Assembly (NCBI GenBank): GCA_017616975.1
Contig: JAFZXC010000041.1
Span: 1 to 48,469, forward strand
DNA length: 48,469 nucleotides
Origin: Alphaproteobacteria bacterium
GTDB lineage: Bacteria > Pseudomonadota > Alphaproteobacteria > Rs-D84
Direction of reading: 5' to 3'
A model generated the notes under the pieces. It was not told where the DNA came from and ran no database searches. It was given only the letters and a program-made list of their open reading frames with translations. Below, one piece after another: positions 38,210 through 46,672 of the stretch. Position 1 is the stretch's first letter, and each line of letters opens with the position of its first letter. Both the position numbers and the translations under genes were made by a program.

Positions 38210-38629
38210 ATGAAAATCAAAAACTTTGCTATGTTGGCTGGCGTTGCTGCTTTATTGGCGGCTTGCGGCGGTTCTTCAAAAATCACAGAACCTGCTGATT
38301 TGAACGATCAGCGCGTGTTCTTTGCGTTCAATTCATCGGAAATCACTGATGAAGCGCGCACAAACCTGTTGGGTCAGGCTTTGTATATGAAAAACCATGA
38401 AAACGTAAAAATCCAGATTGCTGGTAATTGCGACGAACGTGGTTCAACAGAATACAACTTGGCATTGGGTGCACGTCGTGCAAACGCAGCGAAGAACGTT
38501 ATCGTTAAAGACGGCGTCAGTGCAAAACGTATTTCAACAATTTCATACGGCAAAGAACGTCCATTGGTCCAAGGATCTGGCGAAAAAGTATGGAAATGGA
38601 ATCGTAATGCAACAACAACAGTTAAATAA
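38210..38629 (+). CDS. pal: Peptidoglycan-associated lipoprotein Pal (OmpA-like)
   Basis: Lipobox LLAAC at residues about 15-19, and the OmpA-like core GNCDERGSTEYNLALGARRANA. Confidence 0.85.
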   Translation: MKIKNFAMLAGVAALLAACGGSSKITEPADLNDQRVFFAFNSSEITDEARTNLLGQALYMKNHENVKIQIAGNCDERGSTEYNLALGARRANAAKNVIVKDGVSAKRISTISYGKERPLVQGSGEKVWKWNRNATTTVK

Positions 38630-38650
38630 TTATTTAATTGTAATTAAAAA

Positions 38651-38668
38651 CACCGGCGTTTGCCGGTG
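38651..38668. terminator. Bidirectional intrinsic terminator (pal / parB junction)
   Basis: AAAAA-CACCGGCGTTTGCCGGTG-TTTTTTT. Confidence 0.8.
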
Positions 38669-38687
38669 TTTTTTTGTTTTTGTATAA

Positions 38688-39566
38688 TTATTTTTGAATA
38701 AGTTTTTTTACCAATTCATTTAATTCCATGCGATTCGCAAACGTTATTACAATCTGGCCCGCCCCGCCCCGCTTTTCAATGATTTTTGTTTGGGCACCAA
38801 TCGCCTTGGTAAGTCCGTCTTGCATTGACTTTAATGCGTTTGCATCAAGTGTGTTTGTTGTGTGTGCACGACTTTTACTGGACCGCTTTGTGTTGCGAAC
38901 AAGTTTTGTCACTTGGTCCACGGACAGTTTTTTATTTTTTATTTCATTGGCAAGTTTTTCTGGATCTGCGGCAACAACAATTGTTCGTGCATGTGATGCG
39001 GAAATGTCCCCGGATTCAAGCATTTTTTGAACAGATTCAGGCAATTCCGTTAAACGAATCGAATTGCGAATATAGCTGTCTGATTTACCAATAAGACGAA
39101 CAACATCCGCCATTTCATAGCCGCATTTTTGCATAAGGTTTTTATATGCATTGGCTTCTTCGATTGGGTTCAGGTTTTCACGCTGGACATTTTCTATAAT
39201 CGCAATTTCCATTGCGTTTTCGTTTGAAATCGTTTTGATGATTGCGGGAATCTCTGTCAATCCGGCAAGTTTGCTTGCCCGGAAACGACGTTCCCCGGCA
39301 ATAATTTCATACATATATGGGCGGCCGGTTACGTTGCGCAAAAGAATCGGTTGAATAACACCACGTTCACGAATCGACGCCGCCAAATCGTTCAATTCTG
39401 TGGCAGAAAAGTTTTTACGTGGCTGGTCTGGGTTTGCGCCGATTTGCGATAACGGTATTTTTCGCACTACGACACGTTCGGTTCCTGTCAATATAGACAT
39501 ATCTGGAACATCACCGATTTCTTTTTCTAAATCATCAAGTCCACGTCCAAGTCCAAATTTTGTCAT
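38688..39566 (-). CDS. parB: Chromosome partitioning protein ParB
   Basis: 292 aa: GLGRGLDDL, GVIQPILLR and IIAGERRFRASKLAGL (ParB box and HTH). Confidence 0.9.
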   Translation of the reverse strand: MTKFGLGRGLDDLEKEIGDVPDMSILTGTERVVVRKIPLSQIGANPDQPRKNFSATELNDLAASIRERGVIQPILLRNVTGRPYMYEIIAGERRFRASKLAGLTEIPAIIKTISNENAMEIAIIENVQRENLNPIEEANAYKNLMQKCGYEMADVVRLIGKSDSYIRNSIRLTELPESVQKMLESGDISASHARTIVVAADPEKLANEIKNKKLSVDQVTKLVRNTKRSSKSRAHTTNTLDANALKSMQDGLTKAIGAQTKIIEKRGGAGQIVITFANRMELNELVKKLIQK

Positions 39567-39570
39567 GGTG

Positions 39571-40344
39571 TTAAGCCCCCTGCTCTGTTTTTTGTATCAC
39601 TTCGGTCGCGACACGTAAATATGCCTGGGCGCCAGAAGAATTAAAATCATAGAATAATGCCGGTTTTCCGTGACTTGGTGCCTCGGACACACGGACGTTG
39701 CGTGGAACAACTGTTTTGAAAACGGCATCGCCAAATTTTTTACGAACATCGTCTTCGACAGCGTGGGTCATGCCATACTGTTTCGTGTACATAGTAAGCA
39801 ATACACCCAGTATTTCCAGTTCTGGATTCCACCGGTTGTGGACTTCGCGTATAGAATTCACCATGTGAGTTATGCCTTCAAGAGCATAAAATTCGCACTG
39901 CATAGGAATAATCACATAGTTTGATGCCACAAGCGAATTTATTGTGATAAGCCCCAACGCAGGTGGACAATCAAGCAGAATATAATCATAATGGTCCGCA
40001 ATTTGCGCCAATGCATCACGCAAACGGTATTCACGACGTTCCATATCCATTAATTCAACTTCTGCATCAGCAAGTTGCATGGTTGATGGCATAATATGCA
40101 TGTTTGGAATTGCAGTCGTTAAGATATTTTCGGCGGCTGGTGAAGAACCCATTAAAACGCTGTATACGCTTTGTTTGTGCATACTGCGCACAAAACCAAG
40201 ACCTGTTCCGGCGTTCCCTTGGGAGTCCAAATCAACAAGCAAAACACGACGCCCGATTGTTGCGAGAGACGCACCAATGTTTACCGCCGTTGTTGTTTTT
40301 CCAACCCCGCCCTTTTGATTTGCAAATGCAATAATTTGTGCCAT
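39571..40344 (-). CDS. parA: Chromosome partitioning ATPase ParA
   Basis: MAQIIAFANQKGGVGKTTTAVN is the deviant Walker A. I take the start at ATG 40344, because the track's 31-codon N-terminal extension is low-complexity AT-rich sequence. Confidence 0.9.
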   Translation of the reverse strand: MAQIIAFANQKGGVGKTTTAVNIGASLATIGRRVLLVDLDSQGNAGTGLGFVRSMHKQSVYSVLMGSSPAAENILTTAIPNMHIMPSTMQLADAEVELMDMERREYRLRDALAQIADHYDYILLDCPPALGLITINSLVASNYVIIPMQCEFYALEGITHMVNSIREVHNRWNPELEILGVLLTMYTKQYGMTHAVEDDVRKKFGDAVFKTVVPRNVRVSEAPSHGKPALFYDFNSSGAQAYLRVATEVIQKTEQGA

Positions 40345-40368
40345 TTTATTATCCAACCTTTTTGCATA

Positions 40369-40397
40369 ATAATATCTAAAACGTATATTGGGGTCAA
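40369..40397 (-). promoter_or_regulatory. Sigma70-like promoter candidate for parAB
   Basis: The minus strand reads TTGACC, 17-nt spacer, TATTAT. The -10 element ends about 24 nt before ATG 40344. Confidence 0.45.
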
Positions 40398-40457
40398 GAT
40401 AATTAAAAAAATACTTTAAATAAAATTTAAAAAACACGTAAAATCAAAATGATATTT

Positions 40458-40477
40458 CTTATTTCACGTGAAATAAG
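40458..40477. promoter_or_regulatory. parS-like perfect 20-bp palindrome
   Basis: CTTATTTCAC|GTGAAATAAG. The 16-bp core TATTTCACGTGAAATA differs from the canonical parS TGTTnCACGTGAAACA at only one symmetric pair of positions. Confidence 0.6.
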
Positions 40478-40521
40478 TTTTTTTAAGGCAAAAAATACGT
40501 ACAAACAAAGTGTTGTTTCTT

Positions 40522-40535
40522 ATTTCATATGAAAT
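40522..40535. promoter_or_regulatory. Second, degenerate parS-like palindrome
   Basis: ATTTCATATGAAAT is preceded by the same TTTCTTATTTCA left arm as site 1. The central CG is replaced symmetrically by TA. It abuts the rsmG stop. Confidence 0.4.
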
Positions 40536-41095
40536 TACCGGTCTTTTTGTATAATAACTATAAACCCATCACCGGTTTTTGATGGAACAAGTTCGTATTT
40601 GAATTTGTGTTTTTGTTTTGCAACAGAAATTTCCGATTCGATTTCCCGGCCTTTTAATAAAAAAAGCCGGGAATTTTTTGTTTTTGTATAGTCCAAAATT
40701 TTGGTTAATGGTGCAAATGCACGGGCGGTAAAAATAAAGTTCGAAGAATCGCCGGGCATTTGTTTTACAAAATCTTCGACACGACCGTGGTATATTTCCA
40801 GGTTTTCCAGCCCCAATTCTTGTTTTATTGTGTCAAGAAATGCGGCTTTTTTGCCGATTGATTCGATGCACGTGACATGCCACCCTAAAATTGCCAGAAC
40901 AACACCAGGAAAGCCGGCGCCACTGCCCATGTCAACAATTTGAACGTTTTTTGGCAATACGTCTGCAAGTTGTGCCGAATCGGCAAAATGGCGGTTTTCA
41001 ATGTCGTTCAGCGTGCTGGGGGCGACAAGATTTATGCGGCCCGACCAATCACGCAAAATTTCAGCATATCGGTTAAATTTGGCTTTATTATTCAT
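40535..41095 (-). CDS. rsmG: 16S rRNA (guanine527-N7)-methyltransferase RsmG (GidB)
   Basis: 186 aa with the SAM motif VDMGSGAGFPGVVLAI. Confidence 0.9.
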   Translation of the reverse strand: MNNKAKFNRYAEILRDWSGRINLVAPSTLNDIENRHFADSAQLADVLPKNVQIVDMGSGAGFPGVVLAILGWHVTCIESIGKKAAFLDTIKQELGLENLEIYHGRVEDFVKQMPGDSSNFIFTARAFAPLTKILDYTKTKNSRLFLLKGREIESEISVAKQKHKFKYELVPSKTGDGFIVIIQKDR

Positions 41096-41119
41096 AAAGT
41101 TTAGTATACCATAACATTC

Positions 41120-42724
41120 ATGAAAAAAACAGAAAGTTTATTTGTTGGGGCGTTATTATTGATTGTGGTGGCCGTTGCTGGTGCCAGTATATTTGGTGAA
41201 ACAAATGTGTCAAAAACGTCCAATATCCCAGACACGAAATATGGTGCGTTTTTGGCGGCACAACATGCGATATATAATAATGATTTTGATGCGGCGGCAA
41301 AATACGGCGAAATGCTTGGTGACGTTGATTTTGCTGCGGTTAAAAATGTCAAAATGATGGCCGATTTTTTAAGTGGCCGGTTGCCAGAAAATGCTGCGGA
41401 TTTGGCAAAAGAATCTGGGACGCCCGCAAGATTGATTTTTGATGCGTATTTGGTCGGGCAGGGCGATTGGAATAAACTATATAATCGACACAAAAACGAC
41501 GATTCGGCGCTTGTTGCGCCATTGCGTATAATTTCGTCTGTTGCGATAAATCACAGAACAGAAGCAATCAAATTTGTAAATTCTTTGCAGACGAACGATT
41601 CATGGAAGTCGTTTGTTCGTGGTCAAATATATGCTGAAACAGGAAATGTTGACAAGGCGACCACAGAATTTGCCCAGGTTCGTACAGATTTTATGAATAT
41701 AAACGATTATCTGTATATCATGTCTTTTTATCGTCATCACAATCTGGAAGAGGCGGCAGCGGCATTGCGCACAGATTTTACGTCCAGACCGGGTGGTATG
41801 TTTATGCTGGAGTTTGACGATGTGCCCGATTGGTCTGTATTTTCTGGGTTCCAGAACGCATTGGCTTTCAGTTTGGTTCAAAATGTTTCGCATACAAGCG
41901 TGATGATGTTTTCAGATTTGTCTATATTATTATTGCGGTTTGCTCAAATCATAATGCCCGAAGAAAACAACAGTGATGCGATTAATTATTATATTGGCCA
42001 GTATTTTTTTAGTAATAATGGCGATTATGAAAATTATTTTTCAAAGATACAACCGAACAGTCCGTTCTTTGTTTTCGCAAAACTGCGTGAATACGAAACA
42101 AGTGGCGATATTACAAAAATGCGTCGGTTGTTGCGTGCGCATCCGTTGTTTGTGCCTGCAATGAACAAGTTAATTGCGCACTATACGGCAAACGGCGATA
42201 AACATTCTGCGTTGCGCATATTAAACCGTGCAATGAAAAACGATGGTTTGTCGGACGTGTCGCATGCCTTTTTGTTAAAGTCCAGAGCCCAGGTTTATTT
42301 CGCATTTGGTGATTTAGATTATGCCCAGGCGGATATTCATGCGGCGGCCGAAGTGTTAAATGTAGATCCAGAAATTTTGGCACTGCAGGCAAAAATTTGG
42401 GCGGCCCAGAATCGTAATTTGGACGATGCTTATGAATACGCAATGACTCTTGTTCAGCATAATCCGGGTGATGTTTATGCGTGGGATGTGCTTGGGCGTG
42501 TTGTCGCGGTTCGTGAAGGTGTTGATGCGGCGTTAGAATTAATTGAACGGGTAGGGGACGTTGCAAAAGAGTGTTCGTCATTGTTTGACGGACTTGGTGA
42601 CTTGTATATGCAAAGCGGTAATTATAAAATGGCGTACGATGCATATATGCGGGCAATAGATTTGTCTGGTGATGGATTGGTTGTTGTCCCGCAAATTCAA
42701 AGAAAGGTAAGGAAGTTAAAATGA
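41120..42724 (+). CDS. Secreted or membrane-anchored TPR-repeat protein (function unknown)
   Basis: 534 aa. N-terminal hydrophobic signal or anchor (LFVGALLLIVVAVAGASIFG), and repeated A/Y/L-spaced helical repeats in the C-terminal half (e.g. AYDAYMRAIDL). A 4-nt ATGA overlap couples it to gpsA. Confidence 0.65.
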   Translation: MKKTESLFVGALLLIVVAVAGASIFGETNVSKTSNIPDTKYGAFLAAQHAIYNNDFDAAAKYGEMLGDVDFAAVKNVKMMADFLSGRLPENAADLAKESGTPARLIFDAYLVGQGDWNKLYNRHKNDDSALVAPLRIISSVAINHRTEAIKFVNSLQTNDSWKSFVRGQIYAETGNVDKATTEFAQVRTDFMNINDYLYIMSFYRHHNLEEAAAALRTDFTSRPGGMFMLEFDDVPDWSVFSGFQNALAFSLVQNVSHTSVMMFSDLSILLLRFAQIIMPEENNSDAINYYIGQYFFSNNGDYENYFSKIQPNSPFFVFAKLREYETSGDITKMRRLLRAHPLFVPAMNKLIAHYTANGDKHSALRILNRAMKNDGLSDVSHAFLLKSRAQVYFAFGDLDYAQADIHAAAEVLNVDPEILALQAKIWAAQNRNLDDAYEYAMTLVQHNPGDVYAWDVLGRVVAVREGVDAALELIERVGDVAKECSSLFDGLGDLYMQSGNYKMAYDAYMRAIDLSGDGLVVVPQIQRKVRKLK

Positions 42725-43584
42725 AAGTAGGTGTTATTGGTGCAGGCGCATGGGGAACGGCGCTGGGGATTGTTGCGGCACGTGGCGGATGTGACGTTGT
42801 ATTGTGGTCTTTTGATGGACAATATAAAATGTTTGATGGTGTTGATATGCCACAAAATCTGCGTATGACGTGTGATATGGCGGAAATGCGTGATATGGCG
42901 GCCTGGTTGATCGTGACGCCAGCGGCTTTTTTTCGTGAAACAATAAGACAAGCGCGAAATGTATATAATGGTCAGCCTGTGATTATTTGTACCAAAGGGG
43001 CCGAGCCAGAAACATGTGCATTTATGTCGGAAATTATCCAAGAAGAATTGCCAGAATGCACAGATTTTGGTGTGCTGTCTGGGCCACAATTTGCAGCCGA
43101 AGTTGCCCGTGGTGTGCCCACAGGTTCAACTTTGGCGGCGATGCCAAAGTCTTGTGCAGCTGGTCATGAAATACTGAATAAATTATATCTACACGACAGC
43201 GACGATATTATTGGAGCCGAGTATTGCGGTGTTGGTAAAAATGCGGTCGCATTGATATGTGGTTATAATGCTGTTGCTGCAGCTGGGGAAAATGAACGTG
43301 CGATGATATTCACACGTGCGTGGAACGAAATTGTGAATATGGGACGTGCATCAGGTGCTGCGGCCGAAACATTTTTAGGGCTGTGCGGTATTGGTGATTT
43401 ATTCTTGTCTGCGACGTCCGAAACCAGTCGCAATTTTTCCGGTGGCATGGCAATTGCACGTGGCGAAGCGCCCGAAGGTACAGTCGAAGGGTTGTCTGCT
43501 TTGCGGGGATTGGTTATACGTGCCGAACGTATCGGTGTTGATGTGCCAGTATTGATTGGTATGTGCAAGAAAATGAATATATAA
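42721..43584 (+). CDS. gpsA: NAD(P)H-dependent glycerol-3-phosphate dehydrogenase (short form)
   Basis: MKVGVIGAGAWGTALG is the Rossmann motif, with GPQFAAEVA and a GIGDL...SRNFSGG-type C-terminus. 287 aa. Confidence 0.85.
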   Translation: MKVGVIGAGAWGTALGIVAARGGCDVVLWSFDGQYKMFDGVDMPQNLRMTCDMAEMRDMAAWLIVTPAAFFRETIRQARNVYNGQPVIICTKGAEPETCAFMSEIIQEELPECTDFGVLSGPQFAAEVARGVPTGSTLAAMPKSCAAGHEILNKLYLHDSDDIIGAEYCGVGKNAVALICGYNAVAAAGENERAMIFTRAWNEIVNMGRASGAAAETFLGLCGIGDLFLSATSETSRNFSGGMAIARGEAPEGTVEGLSALRGLVIRAERIGVDVPVLIGMCKKMNI

Positions 43585-43587
43585 AAA

Positions 43588-43605
43588 AGCCGGCATTTGC
43601 CGGTT
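43588..43605. terminator. Bidirectional intrinsic terminator (gpsA / sspB junction)
   Basis: AAAAA-AGCCGGCATTTGCCGGTT-TTTTTTT. Confidence 0.8.
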
Positions 43606-43609
43606 TTTT

Positions 43610-44077
43610 TTATTGATTTTTTTTACGTCTAAATTCGTCCAGTGAAACGATACGTTTATCGTCTGGAACGGTGTCTGGTTTTTCTTCCAGCGGTAATTCC
43701 ATATCGTTGTCCGCCGCCGCAGGTGCAGTTTTATGATGAAATGATAACATAAAGTCTGTGGACGGATCTTTGAATTCAACCAATGCAGAAAATGGGACAC
43801 GGATGAAAAACGGACGACCATCAAATGTCAATTGAACACCAAATTCACGATCAGAAACATTAAGGTTGTTATAAGAATACTGTAATACGATCGTCATAAC
43901 ATCGGGATATCGCATGCGCAAGAAATCAGGCAAAACAACCCCAGGATCACGTGTTTTGAACGTTATAAAAAAATGCGTTCCGTCACCCAAACCATTAATC
44001 TGGGCATAAACAAGCGCATCTTTGACCACAGATTTCAACGCATTATCTAATAATTCCTGATAATTTATCTTTCCCAT
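43610..44077 (-). CDS. sspB: ClpXP adaptor SspB (alpha-proteobacterial type)
   Basis: 155 aa. THFFITFKTRDPGVVLPDFLRMRYPDVMTIVLQ...FGVQLTFDGRPFFIRVPFSALVEF matches the SspB fold pattern, and the tail ends LDEFRRKK (ClpX-binding-like). Confidence 0.7.
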   Translation of the reverse strand: MGKINYQELLDNALKSVVKDALVYAQINGLGDGTHFFITFKTRDPGVVLPDFLRMRYPDVMTIVLQYSYNNLNVSDREFGVQLTFDGRPFFIRVPFSALVEFKDPSTDFMLSFHHKTAPAAADNDMELPLEEKPDTVPDDKRIVSLDEFRRKKNQ

Positions 44078-44079
44078 TT

Positions 44080-45165
44080 TTATTCCTGTTTCGAAACCAG
44101 TATATTACTTATTTCGCCATCTGCGCAAGAAACAAATACAGCGTTTGGTACATTATCAAAAGCATTGGCATCGATGCCTGTGGCCCAAATTTGTGCATTT
44201 GTAGAATCAAGGCCGGCAAACAAATTTTGGCGTGCATTGTCATCAAGATGAGCAATTGCTTCGTCCAGTAATATAATTGGACGTCGATTTGTATGTGCGT
44301 GCATCAATTTTGCATGGGCCAAAATAAGTTCCAAAAGAGTCGTTTTTTGTTGTCCAGTACTGGTTAAATTAGCGGGCAAATTAAGCGTTTTGTTAAAAAC
44401 CCCAAAGTCTGATTTATGCACACCATCAATAATCATTTTATCGGCAATAATTTCACGTGTCGTCCCAAGGTATTCACGATATGTGCGTTCTGTATCACCA
44501 GTGCTGTGTCCATCTATTAGCATTTGTTCCAACATGCCGGCCACCGATACGGCTGCATTTTCCAAGAAATAATTTAATTCGCCAGCATATTGGATGCGTG
44601 CTGCGGCAATTGCGGTTGCTGTGGCGGCAATATGGTCGTCAATAACATCAACCCACCGCATGTCACGGCCCGATTTCAGTGCAACGGCACGTTCGCTTAG
44701 TAATTTTGCAAAACGTGCAACACGTCCAGAATGTGCAGAATCAAAACCGGCAACCAGACGATCAAAAAAAGCCCGGCGTTCAGCAGAAGAATCAACAAAC
44801 AATCTGTCTTCACGTGGGGTTATCCATACCATAGGTAATTTTTCAGCCAATCCAGACAGTGTCGCCGTATCACCATCAATGCGACCGTGTCGATTTGTGT
44901 CCCCAGGATTAAATACCACAGATATTTCGGTTTCGTCATCAAGTGTTGCAAATACAGAAAAACCACCATTGCCATTAAATCGAACAATGTCGGTCATTTG
45001 TGCGCCACGCATACCACGGTCGCCAGAAAGAATAGACAGTGCTTCAAGTATGGCTGTTTTGCCGGCACCATTTGGTCCGGTGACAATTACATTTTGACGA
45101 CCATGCGTCTTGATTCTGCATGAAATATGATTGCGAAAATCTGTGAGTACAAGTGTTTCAATCAT
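44080..45165 (-). CDS. recF: DNA replication and repair protein RecF
   Basis: MIETLVLTDFRNH..., Walker A GPNGAGKTAILEA and the signature TSTGQQKT. The track's longer N-terminus runs through tRNA-Cys, so I chose ATG 45165. Confidence 0.9.
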   Translation of the reverse strand: MIETLVLTDFRNHISCRIKTHGRQNVIVTGPNGAGKTAILEALSILSGDRGMRGAQMTDIVRFNGNGGFSVFATLDDETEISVVFNPGDTNRHGRIDGDTATLSGLAEKLPMVWITPREDRLFVDSSAERRAFFDRLVAGFDSAHSGRVARFAKLLSERAVALKSGRDMRWVDVIDDHIAATATAIAAARIQYAGELNYFLENAAVSVAGMLEQMLIDGHSTGDTERTYREYLGTTREIIADKMIIDGVHKSDFGVFNKTLNLPANLTSTGQQKTTLLELILAHAKLMHAHTNRRPIILLDEAIAHLDDNARQNLFAGLDSTNAQIWATGIDANAFDNVPNAVFVSCADGEISNILVSKQE

Positions 45166-45174
45166 AATAAAGTT

Positions 45175-45248
45175 TGGAGGCCAGAGTCGGAATCGAACCG
45201 GCATACAAGGATTTGCAGTCCTCTGCATAACCACTCTGCCATCTGGCC
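45175..45248 (-). tRNA. tRNA-Cys (anticodon GCA)
   Basis: Minus strand folds by hand as GGCCAGA TG GCA GAGTGGTTA TGC A GAGGA CTGCAAA TCCTT GTAT GCCGG TTCGATT CCGAC TCTGGCC T CCA. The U73 discriminator is typical of tRNA-Cys. There is one C-A mismatch in the T stem. Confidence 0.9.
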
Positions 45249-45282
45249 ATTTTATTGCCCTTGAATCCTAGACAAAAAATAT

Positions 45283-45311
45283 TTGTAATTCAACATAAAA
45301 ATTGATATTGT
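45283..45311 (+). promoter_or_regulatory. Promoter candidate for the tolC-macA operon
   Basis: TTGTAA, 17-nt spacer, TATTGT. It overlaps the track's upstream start at 45302, which argues for ATG 45344. Confidence 0.35.
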
Positions 45312-45343
45312 TTTCCCATAAGTCTTGGCATGGGAAGAGAGAA

Positions 45344-46672
45344 ATGGAAAAACTGCTGATTTTATTGATGTTTTTTCCGTGCGTTGCATTTGCAGCGGAT
45401 GATTGTGCCGAATTGACAAACGTTCCCGATTCGGTTTTAACACTTAGCGACGTTATTGATTTAGGGCTTTGTCGTAATCCACAAACGGCGGCGGCATATG
45501 CATCACTGCGTGCGCAACGTTTCACCAAAGATGCCGCATATTCAAATTATTTGCCACGGGTTGAATTGGGCGCCAACGCAAACAGAAGTTATGAAAAAGA
45601 ACACTGGCAAGATTGGTCTTATGGTGCATCTCTTTCTGCGTCGTATTTGTTGTTTGATTTTGGCAAACGTACATCGGACATGGCTGAAACGTTGGCAACA
45701 TATCGTGCTGCGGGATTTGACTATGATGAAACAATTCAAAATTTTGTTTATGGAATTATCGGTGCTTACTATGAATTGCTTAATGCGGACGCCGATGTAA
45801 AAAGTGCGTTGTCTGCCCAAACTGTTGCAAAAACGGCACATGACACGGCCAAGAAAAAGTATTCGGCGGGCTCGGTTGCACGTGCTGATGTGTTAAAGGC
45901 TGAAACAACACTGGCCAGTCGTGATTTGGCGGTAGAACGTGCCAAAAACAATCGTGAAATTGCTAAGGGAACATTGCTTACTAAACTTTCTTTTCCGGCA
46001 TCCCAAGAGATAACAATTGCCGATATGGAATCGCAAATAGGCAGTGATGCCGAAATGAAAAGCATCGATGAATTAATCAAAGTGGCAAAGGAAAAACGTC
46101 CAGACTTGTTGCGGGCAACGGCAAATAAAGATGCGGCATGGCATCGTCGTAATTCGGCGTTTTTGAAAAATTTGCCGTCTATATCATTGACGGGAAATCT
46201 TGGTTGGGGTGACGATAATTTGTCGGGTGTGTTCAGTCCTGAAACCGAAAAAATAAATGGGTCGATTGGTATTCGTGCATCGATGCCGATATTTGCAGGT
46301 TTTGCAAATATGTATGGTGTTCGTTCTGCGGCGGCAAGTTATGATCGTGCAAGCGAACAAGAACGTAATTCGGAAAACGATGCGATGTTGGATGTTTTCA
46401 AAGCGTACCAAAATTACAAAACTGCCCAGACTGTATTAAAACAGACAGAAACACTGTTGGCGTCCGCAACGGAAACAGAACGTATGACATCTGGTATGTA
46501 CAAGGTTGGGCGCAGCACGATGCTTGATTGGCAGACGGCGCAATCAGAATTGCTTGATGCACAAAAACAAAACAATGCTGCGAAATACGATTTGTATATT
46601 AAACGTGCAGCAGTCGCACTTGCAATTGGTGAAATCAAAGAAGAACTAGATAAAACCCAGGGAAATGAATAA
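45344..46672 (+). CDS. TolC-family outer-membrane efflux channel
   Basis: Signal peptide MEKLLILLMFFPCVAFA, then a two-fold repeated helical/beta pattern typical of OEP/TolC proteins (LSDVIDLGLCRNPQ..., YLPRVELGANA...). Confidence 0.85.
   Translation: MEKLLILLMFFPCVAFAADDCAELTNVPDSVLTLSDVIDLGLCRNPQTAAAYASLRAQRFTKDAAYSNYLPRVELGANANRSYEKEHWQDWSYGASLSASYLLFDFGKRTSDMAETLATYRAAGFDYDETIQNFVYGIIGAYYELLNADADVKSALSAQTVAKTAHDTAKKKYSAGSVARADVLKAETTLASRDLAVERAKNNREIAKGTLLTKLSFPASQEITIADMESQIGSDAEMKSIDELIKVAKEKRPDLLRATANKDAAWHRRNSAFLKNLPSISLTGNLGWGDDNLSGVFSPETEKINGSIGIRASMPIFAGFANMYGVRSAAASYDRASEQERNSENDAMLDVFKAYQNYKTAQTVLKQTETLLASATETERMTSGMYKVGRSTMLDWQTAQSELLDAQKQNNAAKYDLYIKRAAVALAIGEIKEELDKTQGNE

Noticed and set aside
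39571-40437. Track-length N-terminal extensions of parA (31 codons). The same issue affects der (35321), mreB (25536), mreC (7904), metG (23663), the tolC-like gene (45302) and the UDG-family gene (38189).
   Set aside because: The extensions are AT-rich low-complexity sequence, start at weak or non-ATG codons or lack a Shine-Dalgarno, overlap predicted promoters or neighbouring genes, and exceed homologue N-termini. I chose the internal ATGs.
40345-40534. The AT-rich 190-bp rsmG-parA spacer as a candidate oriC (gidA/gidB/parAB/recF/rnpA are often origin-proximal).
   Set aside because: I found only one degenerate DnaA-box-like 9-mer (TTATCCAAC near 40347) and no dnaA or dnaN nearby. The window shows no strand switch in gene orientation. 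The spacer is adequately explained by the parAB promoter plus the parS-like sites. A whole-genome GC-skew analysis would be needed.
45166-45234. The longer RecF N-terminus given in the ORF track (MVMQRTANPCMPVRFRLWPPNFI...).
   Set aside because: This stretch is the antisense-frame reading of tRNA-Cys (45175-45248). RecF homologues begin at the MIETLVLTDFRN-type sequence.
45313-45336. The hairpin TTCCCAT-N10-ATGGGAA, which overlaps the Shine-Dalgarno region of the tolC-like gene, as a translational regulator.
   Set aside because: It has only 7 bp with a 10-nt loop, is AT/GC mixed, and has no supporting conservation information. It is too weak to distinguish from chance.
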